The notes beneath the pieces were generated by a model that made no database searches, had not been told where the DNA came from, and saw only the letters and a program-made list of their open reading frames with translations. 64,000 bases of DNA from the human T2T-CHM13v2.0 reference genome, Homo sapiens, in assembly GCF_009914755.1 (NCBI RefSeq), contig NC_060933.1; one strand, given 5' to 3'. Shown here piece after piece: positions 11,146 to 26,400 of this stretch. Made by a program: the position numbers and the translations under genes. Every line of letters begins with the position of its first letter. The first letter of the stretch is position 1.

Positions 11146-13644
11146 GAAAGGAATGGAATGGAATGGAATGGAATGGAATGGAATGGAATGGAATCATCTC
11201 GATTGCAACCGAATGGAATGGAATGGAATTAACCCGAATAGAACGGAATAGAATGGAATGGAACGGAACGGAACGGAATGGAATGGAATGGAATGGAATG
11301 GAATGGAGCGGAACGGAATGGAATGGAATGGAACGGAATGGAATTGAAAGGAATAAACGCGAATGCAGGGGAATGGAATGGAATGGAATGCAATGGAATG
11401 GAATCTTCCGGAATGGAATGGAATGGAATGGAATGCAATGGATTCAACTCGATTGCAATGGAATGGAATATAATGGAATGGAATGGAATGGAATGGAATT
11501 AACCCGAATAGAATGGAATGGAATGTAATGGAACGGAACGGAACGGAAAGGAACGGAATGGAATGGAATGGAATGGAATGGAATGGAATGGAATTGTATG
11601 AAATGGAATGGAATGGTATGGAATAGAATGGAAAGGAAAGAATTGGAATGGAATGGAATGGAATAGAATGGAATGGAATGGGAAGGAATCAACCCGAGTG
11701 CAGGGGAATGTAATGGAACGGAATGCAATGGAATGGAATCATCCGGAATGGAATGGAATGGAATGGAATGGAATGGAATGGAATGGAATGGAATGGTATG
11801 GATTGGAATGGAATGGTACGGAATAGAATGGAATGGAACGAATTGTAATGGAATGGAATTGAATGGAATGGAATGGAATGGAATGGAATCAACGCGAGTG
11901 CAGGGGAATGAAATGGAACGGAATGCAATAGAATGGAATCATCCGGAATGGAATGGAATGGAATGGAATGGAATGGAATCAACCCGAGTGCAATGGAATG
12001 GAGTGGAATGGAATGGAATGGAATGGAACAACCCGAATGGAATGGAATGTAATGGAGAGTAAGGGAGTTGAATAGAATCAATCCGAATGTAATGGAATGG
12101 AACGCAACGGAATGGAATGGAATGGAATGGAATGGAATGGAATGGAATGCAATGGAATGGAATCAACCCGAGTACAATGGAATGGAATGGAATGGAATGG
12201 AATGGAATGGAATGGAATGGAATGGAATGGAATGCTTTCAAACCGAATGGAATGGAAAGGAATGAAATCAACACGAGTGGAATGGAATGGAATGGAATGC
12301 AATGGAATGGAATGGAATGGAATGATACGGAATAGAATGGAATGGAACGAAATGGAATGGAATGGAATGGAATGCAATGGAATGTAATGGAGTGTAAGGG
12401 AATTGAATAGAATCAATCCGAATGTAATGGAATGGAACGGAATGTAATGGAATGGAATGGAATGGAATGGAATGCAATGGAATGGAATCAACCCGAGTAC
12501 AATGGAATGGAATGGAATGGAATGGAAACTACCCGAATGGAATGGAATGTAATGGAGTGTAAGGGAATTGAATAGAATCAATCCGAATGGAATGGAATGG
12601 AATGGAACGGAATGTAATGGAATGGAATGGAATGGAATGGAATTAACCCGAATAGAATGGAATGGAATGGAATGGAACGTAACTGAACGGAACGGAACGG
12701 AATGGAATGGAATAGAATGGAATGGAATGGAATTGTATGAAATGGAATGGAATGGTACGGAATAGAATGGAAAGGAAAGAATTGGAATGGAATGGAATGG
12801 AATGGAATGGAATGGAATGGAATGGAATGGAATCAACCCGAGTGCAGGGGAATGTAATGGAACGGAGTGCAATGGAATGGAATCATCCGGAATGGAATGG
12901 AATGGACTGGAATGGAATGGAATGGAATGGAATGGATTGGAATGGAATCAACCCGAGTGCAATGGAATGGAGTGGAATGGAATGGAATGGAATGGAACAA
13001 CCCGAATGGAATGGAATGTTATGGAGAGTAAGGGAGTTGAACAGAATCAATCCGAATGTAATAGAATGGAACGGAATGGAATGCAATGGAATGGAATGGA
13101 ATGGAATGGAATGCAATGGAATGGAATCAACCCGAGTTCAATGGAATGGAATGGAATGGAATGGAATCGAATGGAATGGAATAGAATGGAATGGAATGGA
13201 ATCAACCCGAGTGAAATGGAATGGAGAGGAATGGAATGGAATGGAATGGAAACTACCCGAATGGAATGGAATGTAATGGAGTGTAAGGGAATTGAATAGA
13301 ATCAATCCGAATGGAATGGAATGGAATGGAAAGGAATGTAATGGAATGGAATGGAATGGAATCAACCCGAGTGCAGGGGAATGGAATGGAATGGAATGCA
13401 ATGGAATGGAATCATCCGGAATGGAATGGAATGGAATGCAATGGAATGGAATGGAATGCAATCAACCCGACTGCAATGGAATGGAGTGAAATGGAATGGA
13501 ATGGAATGGAAACAACCAGAATGGATTGGAATATAATGGAGTGTAAGGGAATTGAATAGAATCAATCTGAATGTAATGAAATGGAATGGAACGGAATGGA
13601 ATGGAATGGAATGGAATGGAATGGAATGGAATGCAATGGAATGG

Positions 13645-13804
13645 AATCAACCCGAGTGCAATCGAATGGAATCGAATGGAATGGAATGCAATGGAATGGA
13701 TTCAACTTGAATGGAATGGAAAGAATGGAATCAACACGAGTGGAATGGCATGGATTGGAATGGAATGGAATGGAATCAACCCGAGTACAGGGGAATGGAA
13801 TGGA
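13645..13804 (+). repeat. Cassette P (representative): AATCAACCCGAGTGCAATCG...GATTCAACTTGAAT...GGAAAGAAT...CAACACGAGTGGAATGGCATGGATT...CCGAGTACAGGGG; pHuR98-like
   Basis: About 35 copies, tracked by the GATTCAACTTGA word (201, 1060, 2645, 3900, 5516, 8952, 10588, 13700, 18088 ... 62027, 63800), at irregular spacing of 0.27-4.4 kb. The resemblance to pHuR98 is from memory and unverified. Confidence 0.85.
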
Positions 13805-16800
13805 ATGGAATGCAATGGAATGGAATCATCCGTAATGGAATGGAAAGGAATGGAATGGAATGGAATGGAATGGAATCAACTCGATTGCAATCGAATGGAA
13901 TGGAATGGAATTAACCCGAATAGAATGGAATGGAATGGAATGGAACGGAACGGAATGGAATGGAATGGAATGGAATGGAATGGAATGGAATGGAATGGAA
14001 TGGAATGGAATTCACCCGAATAGAATGGAATGGAATGGAATGGAAAGGAATGGAAGGGAAGGAAATGGAATGTAATCAACCCGAGTGCAGGGGAATGGAA
14101 TGCAATGGAATGCAATCGAATGGAATCATCCGGAATGGAATGGAATGGAATGGAATCAACCCGATGCAATGGAATGGAGTGGAATGGAATGGAATGGAAT
14201 GGAAACATCCCGAATGGAATGGAATGTAATGGAGTGTAAGGGAATTGAATAGAATCAATCGGAATGTAATGTAATGGAATGGAATGAAATGGAACGGAAT
14301 GGAATGGAATGGAACGGAATGGAGTGGAATGGAATGGAATCAACCCGAGTGCAGGGGAATGGAATGGAATGGAATGCAATGGAATGGAATCATCCGGAAT
14401 GGAGTGGAATGGAATGGAATGCAAAACAATGGAATCAACTCGATTGCAATAGAATGGAATGGAATGGAAATGAATAGAATGGAATCAACCCGAGTGGAAT
14501 GGAATGGAAAGGACTGGAATGGAGTGGAATGGAATGGAATGGAATGGAATGGAATAAACTCGATTGGAATGGAGTGGAATGGAATTTGAATGGAATGGAA
14601 TGGAATGGAATTAACCCGAATAGAATGGAATGGAATGGAATGGAATGGAACGGAACGGAATGGAGTGGAATGGAATGGAATGGAATGGAATCAACCCGAC
14701 TGCACGGGAATGGAAAGGAATGGAATGAAATGGAATGGAATCATCCGGAACGGAATGGAATGCAATGGAATGGAATCAAGTCGATTGCAATGGAATGGAA
14801 TGGAATGGAATGCAATGGAATGGAATGGAATGGAATGGAGTGGAATGGAATGGAATTAACCCGAATAGAATGGAATGGAATGGAATGGAAAGGAATGGAA
14901 GGGAATGGAATGGAATGTAATCAACCCGAGTGCAGGGGAATGGAATGGAATTGAATGCAATGGAATGGAATCATCCGGAATGGAATGGAATGGAATCAAC
15001 TCGATTTCAATGGAATGGAATGGAATAGAATGGAATGGAATTAACACGAATAGAATGGAATGGAATGGAATGGAATGGAATGGAATGGAATTAACCCGAA
15101 TAGAATGGAATGGAATGGAATGGAACGGAATGGAACGGAATGGAATGGAATGGAATGGAATGGAATGGAATGGAATGGTATGGAATGGAATGGAATGGAA
15201 TCAACTCGATTGTAATGGAATGGAATGGAATGGAATGGAATGGAATGGAATGGAATTAACCCGAATACAATGGAATGGAATGGAATGGAACGGAATGGAG
15301 TGGAATGGAATGGAATCAACCCGAGTGCAGGGGAATGGAATGGAATGGAATGCAATGGAATGGAATCATCCGGAATGGAATGGAATGGAATGGAATGCAA
15401 AACAATGGAATCAACTCGATTGCAATGGAATGGAATGGAATGGAAATGAATGGAGTGGAATCAACCCGAGTAGAATGGAATGGAAAAGACTGGAATGGAG
15501 TGGAATGGAATGGAACGGAATGGAATGTAATCAACTCGATTGGAATGGAGTGGAATGGAATTTCAATGGAATGGAATGGAATGGAATGGAATGGAATGGA
15601 ATGGAATGGAATGGAATTAACCCGAATAGAATGGAATGGAATGGAATGGAATGGAACGGAACGGAATGGAGTGGAATGGAATGGAATGGAATGGAATCAA
15701 CCCGACTGCACGGGAATGGAATGGAATGGAATGCAATGGAATGGAATCATCCGGAACGGAATGGAATGAAATGGAATGGAATCAACTCGATTGCAATGGA
15801 ATGGAATGGAATGGAATGGAATGGAATGGAATGGAGTGGAATGGAATGGAATTAACCCGAATAGAATGGAATGGAATGGAATGGAAAGGAATGGAAGGGA
15901 ATGGAATGGAATGTAATCAACCCGAGTGCAGGGGAATGGAATGGAATTGAATGCAATGGAATGGAATCATCCGGAATGGAATGGAATGGAATGGAATGGA
16001 ATGGAATGATCCCGATGCAATGGAATGGAATGGAATGGAATGGAATGGAAACATCCCGAATGGAATGGAATGTAATGGAGTGTAAGGGAATTGAATAGAA
16101 TCAGTCCGAATGAAATGGAAGGGAATGGAATGAAATGGAATGGAATGGAATGGAATGGAATCAAACCGAGTGCAATGGAATGGATTCGAATGGAATGGAA
16201 TGGATTCGAATATAATGGAATGGAATGGAATCGATTCAACAAGAAAGGTATGGAAAGGAATGGAATCAACCCGAGTGTAATGGCATGGAATGGAATGGAA
16301 TGGAATGGGATGGAATGGAATGGTACGGAATAAAATGGAATGGAATGGAATGGAATGGAATGGAATGGAATGGAATGAACCCGGGTGCAATGTAATGGAA
16401 TGGAATGGAATGGAATGGATTCAACTCGAAAGGAATCAACTCGATTGCAATGGAATGGAATAGAATGGAAAGGAATAGAATGGAATCAACCCGAGTGGTA
16501 TGGAATGGAAAGGACTGGAATGGAGTGGAATGGAATGGAATGGAATGGAATCAAATCGATTGGAATGGAATGGAATTGAATGGAATGTAATCAACTCGAT
16601 TGCAATGGAATGGAATGGAATGGAATTTTAAAGGAATGGAATGGAATTAACCCGAATAGAATGGAATGGAATGGAATGGAACGGAATGTAATGGAATGAA
16701 ATGGAATGGAATCAACACGAGTGCAGGGGAATGGAATGGAATGGAATGCAATGGAATGCAATCATCCGGAATGGAATGGAATGGAATGGAATGGAATGGA

Positions 16801-19800
16801 ATGGAATCAACACGATTGCAATGGAGTGGAATGGAATGGAAACGAATGGAAGGGAATGGAATGGAATGTAATAAACCCGAGTGCAGGGGAATGGAATGGA
16901 ATGGAATGCAATGGAATGGAATCATCCGGAATGGAATGGAATGGAATGGAATGCAATCAACCCAATGCAATGGAATGGAGTGGAATGGAATGGAATGGAA
17001 TGGAATGGAAACATCCCGAATGGAATGGAATGTAATGGAGTGTAAGGGAATTGAATAGAATCAATCCGAATGTAATGGAATGGAATGGAATGAAATGGAA
17101 TGGAGTGGAATGGAATGGAATCAACCCGAGTGCAATGGAATGGATTCGAATGGAATGGTATGGAATGGAATGGATTCAACAAGAATGGAATGGAAAGGAA
17201 TGGAATCAACCCGAGTGTAATGGCATGGAATGGAATGGAATGAAATGGGATGGGATGGAATGGAATGGTACGGAATAGAATGGAATGGAATGAAATGGAA
17301 TGGATTGGAATTTAATGGAATGGAATGGAATGAACCTGTGTGCAATGCAATGGAATGGAATGGAATGGAATGTATTCAACTCGAATGGAATCAACTCGAT
17401 TGCAATGGAATGGAATGGAATGGAAAGGAATAGAATGGAATCAACCCGAGTGGAATGGAATGGAAAAGACTGGAATGGAGTGGAATGGAATGGAATGGAA
17501 TTAACCCGAATAGAATGGAATGGAATGGAATGGAACGGAATGTAATGGAATGGAATGGAATGGATTCAACCCGAGTGCAGGGGAATGGAATGGAATGGAA
17601 TGCAATGGAATGGAATCATCCGGAATGGAATGTAATTGAATGGAATGGAATGGAATGGAAAGGAATCAACTCGATTTCAATGGAATGGAATGGAATAGAA
17701 TGGAATGGATTTAACACGAATAGAATGGAATGGAATTGAATGGAATGGAATGGAACGGAAAGGAATGGAATGGAATGGAATGGAATCAACCCAAGTGCAG
17801 GGGAATGGAATTGAATGGAATTCAATGGAATGGAATCATCCGGAATGGAATGGAATGGAATGGAATGGAATGGAATGGAATCAACTCGAGTGCAATGGAA
17901 TGGAGAGGAATGGAATGGAATGGAATGGAAACTACCCGAATGTAATGTAATGTAATGGAGTGTAAGGGAATTGAATAGAATCAATCCAAAAGTAATGGAA
18001 TGGAACGGAACGGAATGGAATGCAATGGAATGGAATCAATCCGAGTGCAATCGAATGGAATCGAATGGAATGGAATGCAATGGAATGGATTCAACTTGAA
18101 TGGAATGGAAAGAATGGACTCAACACGAGTGGAATGGCATGGATTGGAATGGAATGGAATGGAATCAACCCGAGTACAGGGGAATGGAATGGAATGGAAT
18201 GCAATGGAATGGAATCATCCGTAATGGAATGGAAAGGAATGGAATGGAATGGAATGGAATGGAATGGAATGGAATCAACTCGATTGCAATCAAATGGAAT
18301 GGAATGGAATTAACCCGAATAGAATGGAATGGAATGGAATGGAACGGAACGGAAAGGAACGGAATGGAATGGAATGGAAGGGAATGGAAAGGAGCGGAAT
18401 GGAGTGGAATGGAATGGAATGGAATTGAAAGGAATAAACGTGAGTGCAGGGGAATGGAATGGAATGGAATGCAATGGAATGGAATCTTCCGGAATGGAAT
18501 GGAATGGAATGGAATGGAATGCAATGGATTCAACTCGATTGCAATGGAATGGAATAGAATGGAATGGAATGGAATGGAAGGAATAGAATTAACCCGAATA
18601 GAATGGAATGGAATGGAATGGAACGGAACGGAACGGAACGGAACGGAATGGAATGGAATGGAATGGAATGGAATGGAATTGTATGGAATGGAATGGAATG
18701 GTACGGAATAGAATGGAATGGAAAGAATTGGAATGGAATGGAATGGAATGGAATGGAATGGAATGGAATGGAATCAACCCGAGTACAGGGGAATGGAATG
18801 GAATGTAATGCAATGGAATGGAATCATCCGTAATGGAATGGAAAGGAATGGAATGGAATGGAATGGAATGGAATGGAATGGAATGGAATCAACTCGATTG
18901 CAATCGAATGGAATGGAATGGAATTAACCCGAATAGAATGGAATGGAATGGAACGGAACGGAACGGAACGGAATGGAATGGAATTGAATGGAACGGAACG
19001 GAACGGAATGGAATGGAATGGAATGGAAGGGAATCAACGCGAGTGCAGGGGAATGGAATGGAATGGATTGCAATGGAATGGAATCAACCGGAATGGAATG
19101 GAATGGAATGGAATGGAATGGAATGGAATGGAATGGAATCGTTCCGAGTGGAATAGCAGGGAATGTATTCGAGTGGAATGGAAAGGAATGGAATCAACCA
19201 GAGTGGAATGGAAGGGAATGGAATGGAATGGAAACTAATAGAATGGAATCAACCCGAGTGGAATGGAATGGAAAGGACTGGAATGGAATGGAATGGAATG
19301 GAATGGAATGGAATCAACTCGATTGTAATGGAATGGAATGGAATGGAATGGAATGGAATGGAATGGAATGGAATTAACCCGAATACAATGGAATGGAATG
19401 GAATGGAATGGAATTGAGTGGAATGGAATGGAATCAACCCGAGTGCAGGGGAATGGAATGGAATGGAATGCAATGGAATGGAATCATCCGGAATGGAATG
19501 GAATGGAATGGAATGCAAAGCAATGGAATCAACTCGATTGCAATGGAATGGAATGGAATGGAAAGGAATAGAATGGAATCAACCTGAGTGGAATGGAATG
19601 GAAAAGACTGGAATGGAGTGGAATGGAATGGAACGGAATGGAATTGAATCAACTCGATTGGAATGGAGTGGAATGCAATTTGAATGGAATGGAATGGAAT
19701 TAACCCGAATAGAATGGAATGGAATGGAATGGAATGGAATGGAATGGAATGGAATGGAATTAACCCGAATAGAATGGAATGGAATGGAATGGAAAGGAAT

Positions 19801-22800
19801 GGAAGGGAATGGAATGGAATGTAATCAACCCGAGTGCAGGGGAATGGAATGGAATTGAATGCAATGGAATGGAATCATCCGGAATGGAATGGAATGGAAA
19901 GGAATGGAATGGAATGGAATGGAATGAACCCGATGCAATGGAATGGAATGGAATGGAATGGAATGGAATGGAATGGAATGGAAACATCCCGAATGGAATG
20001 GAAAGTAATGGAATGTAAGGGAATTGAATAGAATCAGTCCGAATGTAATGGAATGGAATGGAATGAAATGGAATGGAATGGAATGGAATGGAATGGAATC
20101 AAACCGAGTGCAATGGAATGGATTCGAATGGAATGGAATGGAATGGAAAGGAATAGAATGGAATCAACCCGAGTGGAATGGAATGGAAAGGACTGGAATG
20201 GACTGGAATGGAATGGAATGGAATGGATTCAAATCGATTGGAATGGAATGGAATGGAATGGAATGGAGTCAACTCGATTGCAATGGAATGGAATGGAATG
20301 GAATGGAATGGAATGGAATGGAATGGAATTAACCCGAATAGAATGGAATGGAATGGAATGGAATGGAACGGAATATAATGGAATGAAATGGAATGGAATC
20401 AACCCGAGTGCAGGGGAATGGAATGGAATGGAATGCAATGGAATGGAATCATCCGGAATGGAATTGAACAGAATGGAATGGAATGGAATGGAATGGAATG
20501 GAATGGAATCAACTCGTTTGCAATGGAATGGAATGGAATGGAAAGGAATGGAAGGGCATGGAATGGAATGTAATCAACACGAGTGCAGGGGAATGGAATG
20601 GAATGGAATGCAACGGAATGGAATCATCCGGAATGGAATGGAATGGAATGGAATGGAATGGAATGGAATGGAATCAACTCGATTGCAATGGAATGGAATG
20701 GAATGGAAAGGAATGGAAAGGAATCGAACGGAATGTAATCAACCCGAGTGCAGGGGAATGGAATGGAATGGAATGCAATGGAATGGAATCATCCGGAATG
20801 GAATGGAATGTAATGGAATGCAATCAACCCGATGCAATGGAATGGAGTGGAATGGAATGGAATGGAATGGAAACATCCCGAATGGAATGGAATGGAATGG
20901 AGTGTAAAGGAATTGAATAGAATCAATCCGAATGTAATGGAATGGAATGGAATGAAATGGAATGGAATGGAATGGAATGGAATCAACCCGAGTGCAATGG
21001 AATGGATTTGAATGGAATGGAATGGAATGGAATGGATTCAACAAGAATGGAATGGAAAGGAATGGAATCAACCCGAGTGTAATGGCATGGAATGGAATGG
21101 AATGGAATGGAATGGGATAGAATGGAATGGTACGGAATAGAATGGAATGGAATGGAATGGAATGGAATGAAATGGAATGGAATGGAATGGAATGGAATGG
21201 AATGGAATGGAATGGAATAGAATGAGCCCGTGTGCAATGTAATGGAATGGAATGGAATGGAATGGATTCAACTCGAATGGAATCAACTCGATTGCAATGG
21301 AATGGAATGGAATGGAAAGGAATAGAATGGAATCAACCCGAGTGGAATGGAATGGAAAGGACTGGAATGGAGTGGAATGGAATGGAATGGAATTAACCCG
21401 AATAGAATGGAAAGGAATGGAATGGAACGGAATGTAATGGAATGGAATGGAATGGATTCAACCCGAGTGCAGGGGAATGGAATGGAATGGAATGCAATGG
21501 AATGGAATCATCCGGAATGGAATGGAATGGAATGGAATGCAATGGAATGGAAACATCCGGAATGGAATGGAATGGAATGGAATGGAATGGATTGGAATCA
21601 ACTCGATTTCAATGGAATGGAATGGAATAGAATGGAATGGAATTAACACGAATAGAATGGAATGGAATTGAATGGAATGGAATGGAACGGAAAGCAATAG
21701 AAAGGAATGGAATGGAATCAACCCAAGTGCAGGGGAATGGAATGGAATGGAATTCAATGGAATGGAATCATCCGGAATGGAATGGAATGGAATGGAATGC
21801 AATGGAATGGAATGGAATGGAATCAACCCGAGTGCAATGGAATGGAGAGGAATGGAATGGAATGGAATGGAAACTACCCGAATGGAATGGAATGTAATGG
21901 AGTGTAAGGGAATTGAATAGAATCAATCCGAATGTAATGGAATGGAACGGAACGGAATGGAATGCAATTGAATGTAATCAACCCGAGTGCAATCGAATGG
22001 AATCGAATGGAATGGAATGCAATGGAATAGATTCAACTAGGATGGAATGGAAAGAATGGAATCAACACGAGTGGAATGGCATGGAATGGAATGGAATGCA
22101 ATGAAATCAACCCGAGTACAGGGGAATGGAATGGAATGGAATGCAATGGAATGGAATCATCCGTAATGTAATGGAAAGGAATGGAATGGAATGGAATGGA
22201 ATGGAATGGAATGGAATGGAATGGAATCAACTCGATTGCAATCGAATGGAATGGAATGGAATTAACCCAAATAGAATGGAATGGAATGGAATGGAACGGA
22301 ACGGAACGGAATGGAATGGAATGGAATGGAATGGAATGGAACGGAACGGAATGGAATGGAGTGGAATGGAATGGAATGGAATGGAATCAACACGAGTGCA
22401 GGGGAATGGAATGGATTGGAATGCAATGGAATGCAATCTTCCGGAATGGAATGGAATGGAATGGAATGGAATGAAATTCAATGGATTCAACTCGATTGCA
22501 ATGTAATGGAATAGAATGGAATGGAATGGAATGGAACGGAATGGAACGGAATGGAACGGAATGGAATGGAATGGAATGGTATGGAATGGAATGGAATGGT
22601 ACGGAATAGAATGGAATGGAACGAATTGTAATGGAATGGAATTGAATGGAATGGAATGGAATCAACGCGAGTGCAGGGGAATGTAATGGAACGGAATGCA
22701 ATGGAATGGAATCATCCGGAATGGAATGGAATGGAATGGAATGGAATGGAATGGAATCAACCCGATTGCAATGGAATGGAGTGGAATGGAATGGAATGGA

Positions 22801-23326
22801 ATGGAACAACCCGAATGGAATGGAATGCAATGGAGAGTAAGGGAGTTGAATAGAATCAATCCGAATGTAATGGAATGGAATGCAACGGAATGGAATGGAA
22901 TGGAATGGAATGGAATGCAATGGAATGGAATCAACCCGAGTGCAATGGAATGGAGAGGAATGGAATGGAATGGAATGGAAACTACCCGAATGGAATGGAA
23001 TGTAATGGAGTGTAAGGGAATTGAATAGTATCAATCCGAATGTAATGGAATTGAATGGAACGGAATGGAATGGAATGGAATGGAATGCAATGGAATGGAA
23101 TCAACCCGAGTACAATGGAATGGAATGGAATGGAATGGAATGGAATGGAATGGAATGGAATGGAATGGAATGCCTTCAAACCGAATGGAATGGAAAGGAA
23201 TGGAATCAACACGAGTGGAATGGAATGGAATGGAATGGAATGGAATGGAATGATACGGAATAGAATGGAATGGAACGAAATGGAATGGAATGCAATGGAA
23301 TGGAATGGAATGGAATGGAATGGAAT

Positions 23327-23431
23327 CGTTCCGAGTGGAATAGGAGGGAATGTATTCGAGTGGAATGGAAAGGAATGGAATCAACCAGAGTGGAATGGAA
23401 GGGAATGGAATGGAATGGAAACTAATAGAAT
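23327..23431 (+). repeat. Cassette Z (representative): CGTTCCGAGTGGAATAGGAGGGAATGTATTCGAGT...CAACCAGAGT...GGAAACTAATAGAAT
   Basis: 8 copies starting at 19140, 23327, 27095, 31938, 35962, 41228, 42613 and 56312. Confidence 0.9.
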
Positions 23432-26400
23432 GGAATCAACCCGAGTGGAATGGAATGGAAAGGACTGGAATGCAATGGAATGGAATGGAATGGAATGCAG
23501 TCAACTCGATTGTAATGGAATGGAATGGAATGGAATGGAATGGAATGGAATGGAATTAACCCGAATACAATGGAATGGAATGGAATGGAACGGAATGGAG
23601 TGGAATGGAATGGAATCAACCCGAGTGCAGGGGAATGGAATGGAATGGAATGCAATGCAATGGAATCATCCGAAATGGAATGGAATGGAATGGAATGCTA
23701 AGAAATGGAATCAACACGATTGCAATGGAATGGAATGGAATGGAAAGGAATACATTGGAATCAACCCGAGTGGAATGGAATGGAAAGGAGTGGAATGGAG
23801 TGGAATGGAATGGAATGGAATGGAATGGAATCAAACCGATTGGAATGGAATGGAATGGAATGGAATGGAATGGAATGGAATGCAATTAACACGAATAGAA
23901 TGGAATGGAATGGAATGGAACGGAACGGAACGGAATGGAATTGAATGGAATGGAATGGAATGGAATGGAATGGAATCAACCCGACTGCAGTGGAATGGAA
24001 TGCAATGGAATGCAAAGGAATGGATTCAACTTGAATGGAATGGAAAGAATGGAATCAACACGAGTGGAATGGCATGGATTGGAATGGAATGGAATGGAAT
24101 CAACCCGAGTACAGGGGAATGGAATGGAATGGAATGCAATGGAATGGAATCATCCGTAATGGAATGGAAAGGAATGGAATGGAATGGAATGGAATGGAAT
24201 GGAATGGAATGGAATGGAATGGAATCAACTCGATTGCAATCGAATGGAATGGAATGGAATTAACCCGAATAGAATGGAATGGAATGGAATGGAACGGAAC
24301 GGAACGGAACGGAACGGAACGGAACGGAATGGAATGGAATGGAATGGAACGGAAAGGAATGGAATGGAATGGAATGGAATGGAATGGAATGGAATCAACG
24401 CGAGTGCAGGGGAATTGAATGGAATGGAATGCAATGGAATGGAATCTTCCGGAATGGAATGGAATGGAATGGAATGGAATGGAATGGAATAAACCCGAGT
24501 GCAATGGAATGGAGTGGAATGGAATGGAATGGAATGGAACAACCCGAATGGAATGGAATGTAATGGAGAGTAAGGGAGTTGAATAGAATCAATCCGAATG
24601 TAATGGAATCGAATGGAACGGAATGGAATTGAATGGAATGGAATGGAATGCAATGGAATGGAATCAACACGAGTGCAATGGAATGGAGAGGAATGGAATG
24701 GAATGGAATGGAAACTACCCGAATGGAATGGAATGTAATGGAGTGTAAGGGAATTGAATAGAATCAATCCGAATGTAATGGAATGGAATGGAACGGAATG
24801 GAATGGAATGGAATAGAATGGAATGGAATGGAATGCAATGGAATGGAATCAACCCGAGTGCAATCGAATGGAATCGAATGGAATGGAATGCAATGGAATG
24901 GATTCAACTTGAATGGAATGGAAAGAATGGAATCAACACGAGTGGAAGGGCATGGATTGGAATGCAATGGAATGGAATCAACCCGAGTACGGGGGAATGG
25001 AATGGAATGAAATGCAATGGAATGGAATCATCCATAATGGAATGGAAAGGAATGGAATGGAATGGAATGGAATGGAATGGAAAGGAATGGAATGGAATCA
25101 ACACGATTGCAATGGAATGGAATGGAATGGAATTAACCCGAATAGAATGGAATGGAATGGAATGGAACGGAACGGAACGGAATGGAATGGAATGGAATGG
25201 AACGGAACGGAACGGAATGGAATGGAATGGAATGGAATGGAATGGAATGGAATCAACGCGAGTGCAGGGGAATGGAATGGAAAGGAATACAATGGAATGG
25301 AATCTTCCGGAATGGAATGGAATGGAATGGAATGGAATGAAATGCAATGGATTCAACTCGATTGCAATGGAATGGAATAGAATGGAATGGAATGGAATGG
25401 AATGGAATTAACCCGAATAGAATGGAATGGAATGGAATGTAACGGAATGGAACGGAATGGAATGGAATGGAATGGAATGGAGTGGAATGGTATGGAATGC
25501 AATGGAATGGTACGGAATACAATGGAATGGAAAGAATTGTAATGGAATGGAATTGAATGGAATGGAATGGAATGGAATGGAATCAACGCGAGTGCAGGGG
25601 AATGTAATGGAACGGAATGCAATAGAATGGAATCATCCGGAATGGAATGGAATGGAATGAATGGAATCAACCGGATTGCAATGGAATGGAGTGGAATGGA
25701 ATGGAATGGAATGGAACAACCCGAATGGAATGGAATGTAATGGAGAGTAAGGCAGTTGAATAGAATCAATCCGAATGTAATGGAATGGAATGCAACGGAA
25801 TGGAATGGAATGGAATGGAATGGAATGGAATGGAATGGAATGCAAAGGAATGGAATCAACCCGAGTGGAATGGCATGGAATGGAATGCAATGGAATGGAA
25901 TGGAATGGAATCAACTCGAGTGGAAAGGAATGGAATGGAATGGAAAGGAATGGAATGAAATCAACTCGAGTGGAATGGAATGGAATGGAATGGATTGGAA
26001 TGGATTGCAATGGAATGAAATGGAATGGAATGGAATGGAATCAATCATTCCGAGTGGAATGGAAGGGAATGTAATGGAGTGGAAAGAAGGGAATGGAATC
26101 AACCCGAGTGGAATGCAAGGCAATGGAATGGAATGGAAAGGAATGGAATGGAATCAACTCGATTGCAATGGAATGGAATGGAATGGAATGGAATGGAATG
26201 GAATTAACCGGAATAGAATGGAATGGAATGGAATGGAACGGAATGGAATGGAATGGAAGGGAATGGAATAAACACGAGTGCAGGGGAATGGAATGGAATG
26301 GAATGCAATGGAATGGAATCATCCGGAATGAAATGGAATGGAATGGAATCAACTCCATTGCAATGGAATGGAATGGAAAGGAATGGAATAAAATGGAATG

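Noticed and set aside
23322-23340. Other TTC words (CGTTCC, GGATTCAAC, GCCTTCAAAC, GGATTCGAAT) as additional HSEs
   Set aside because: The TTC is not spaced 2 bp from flanking GAA units, so these words do not form nGAAnnTTCn.
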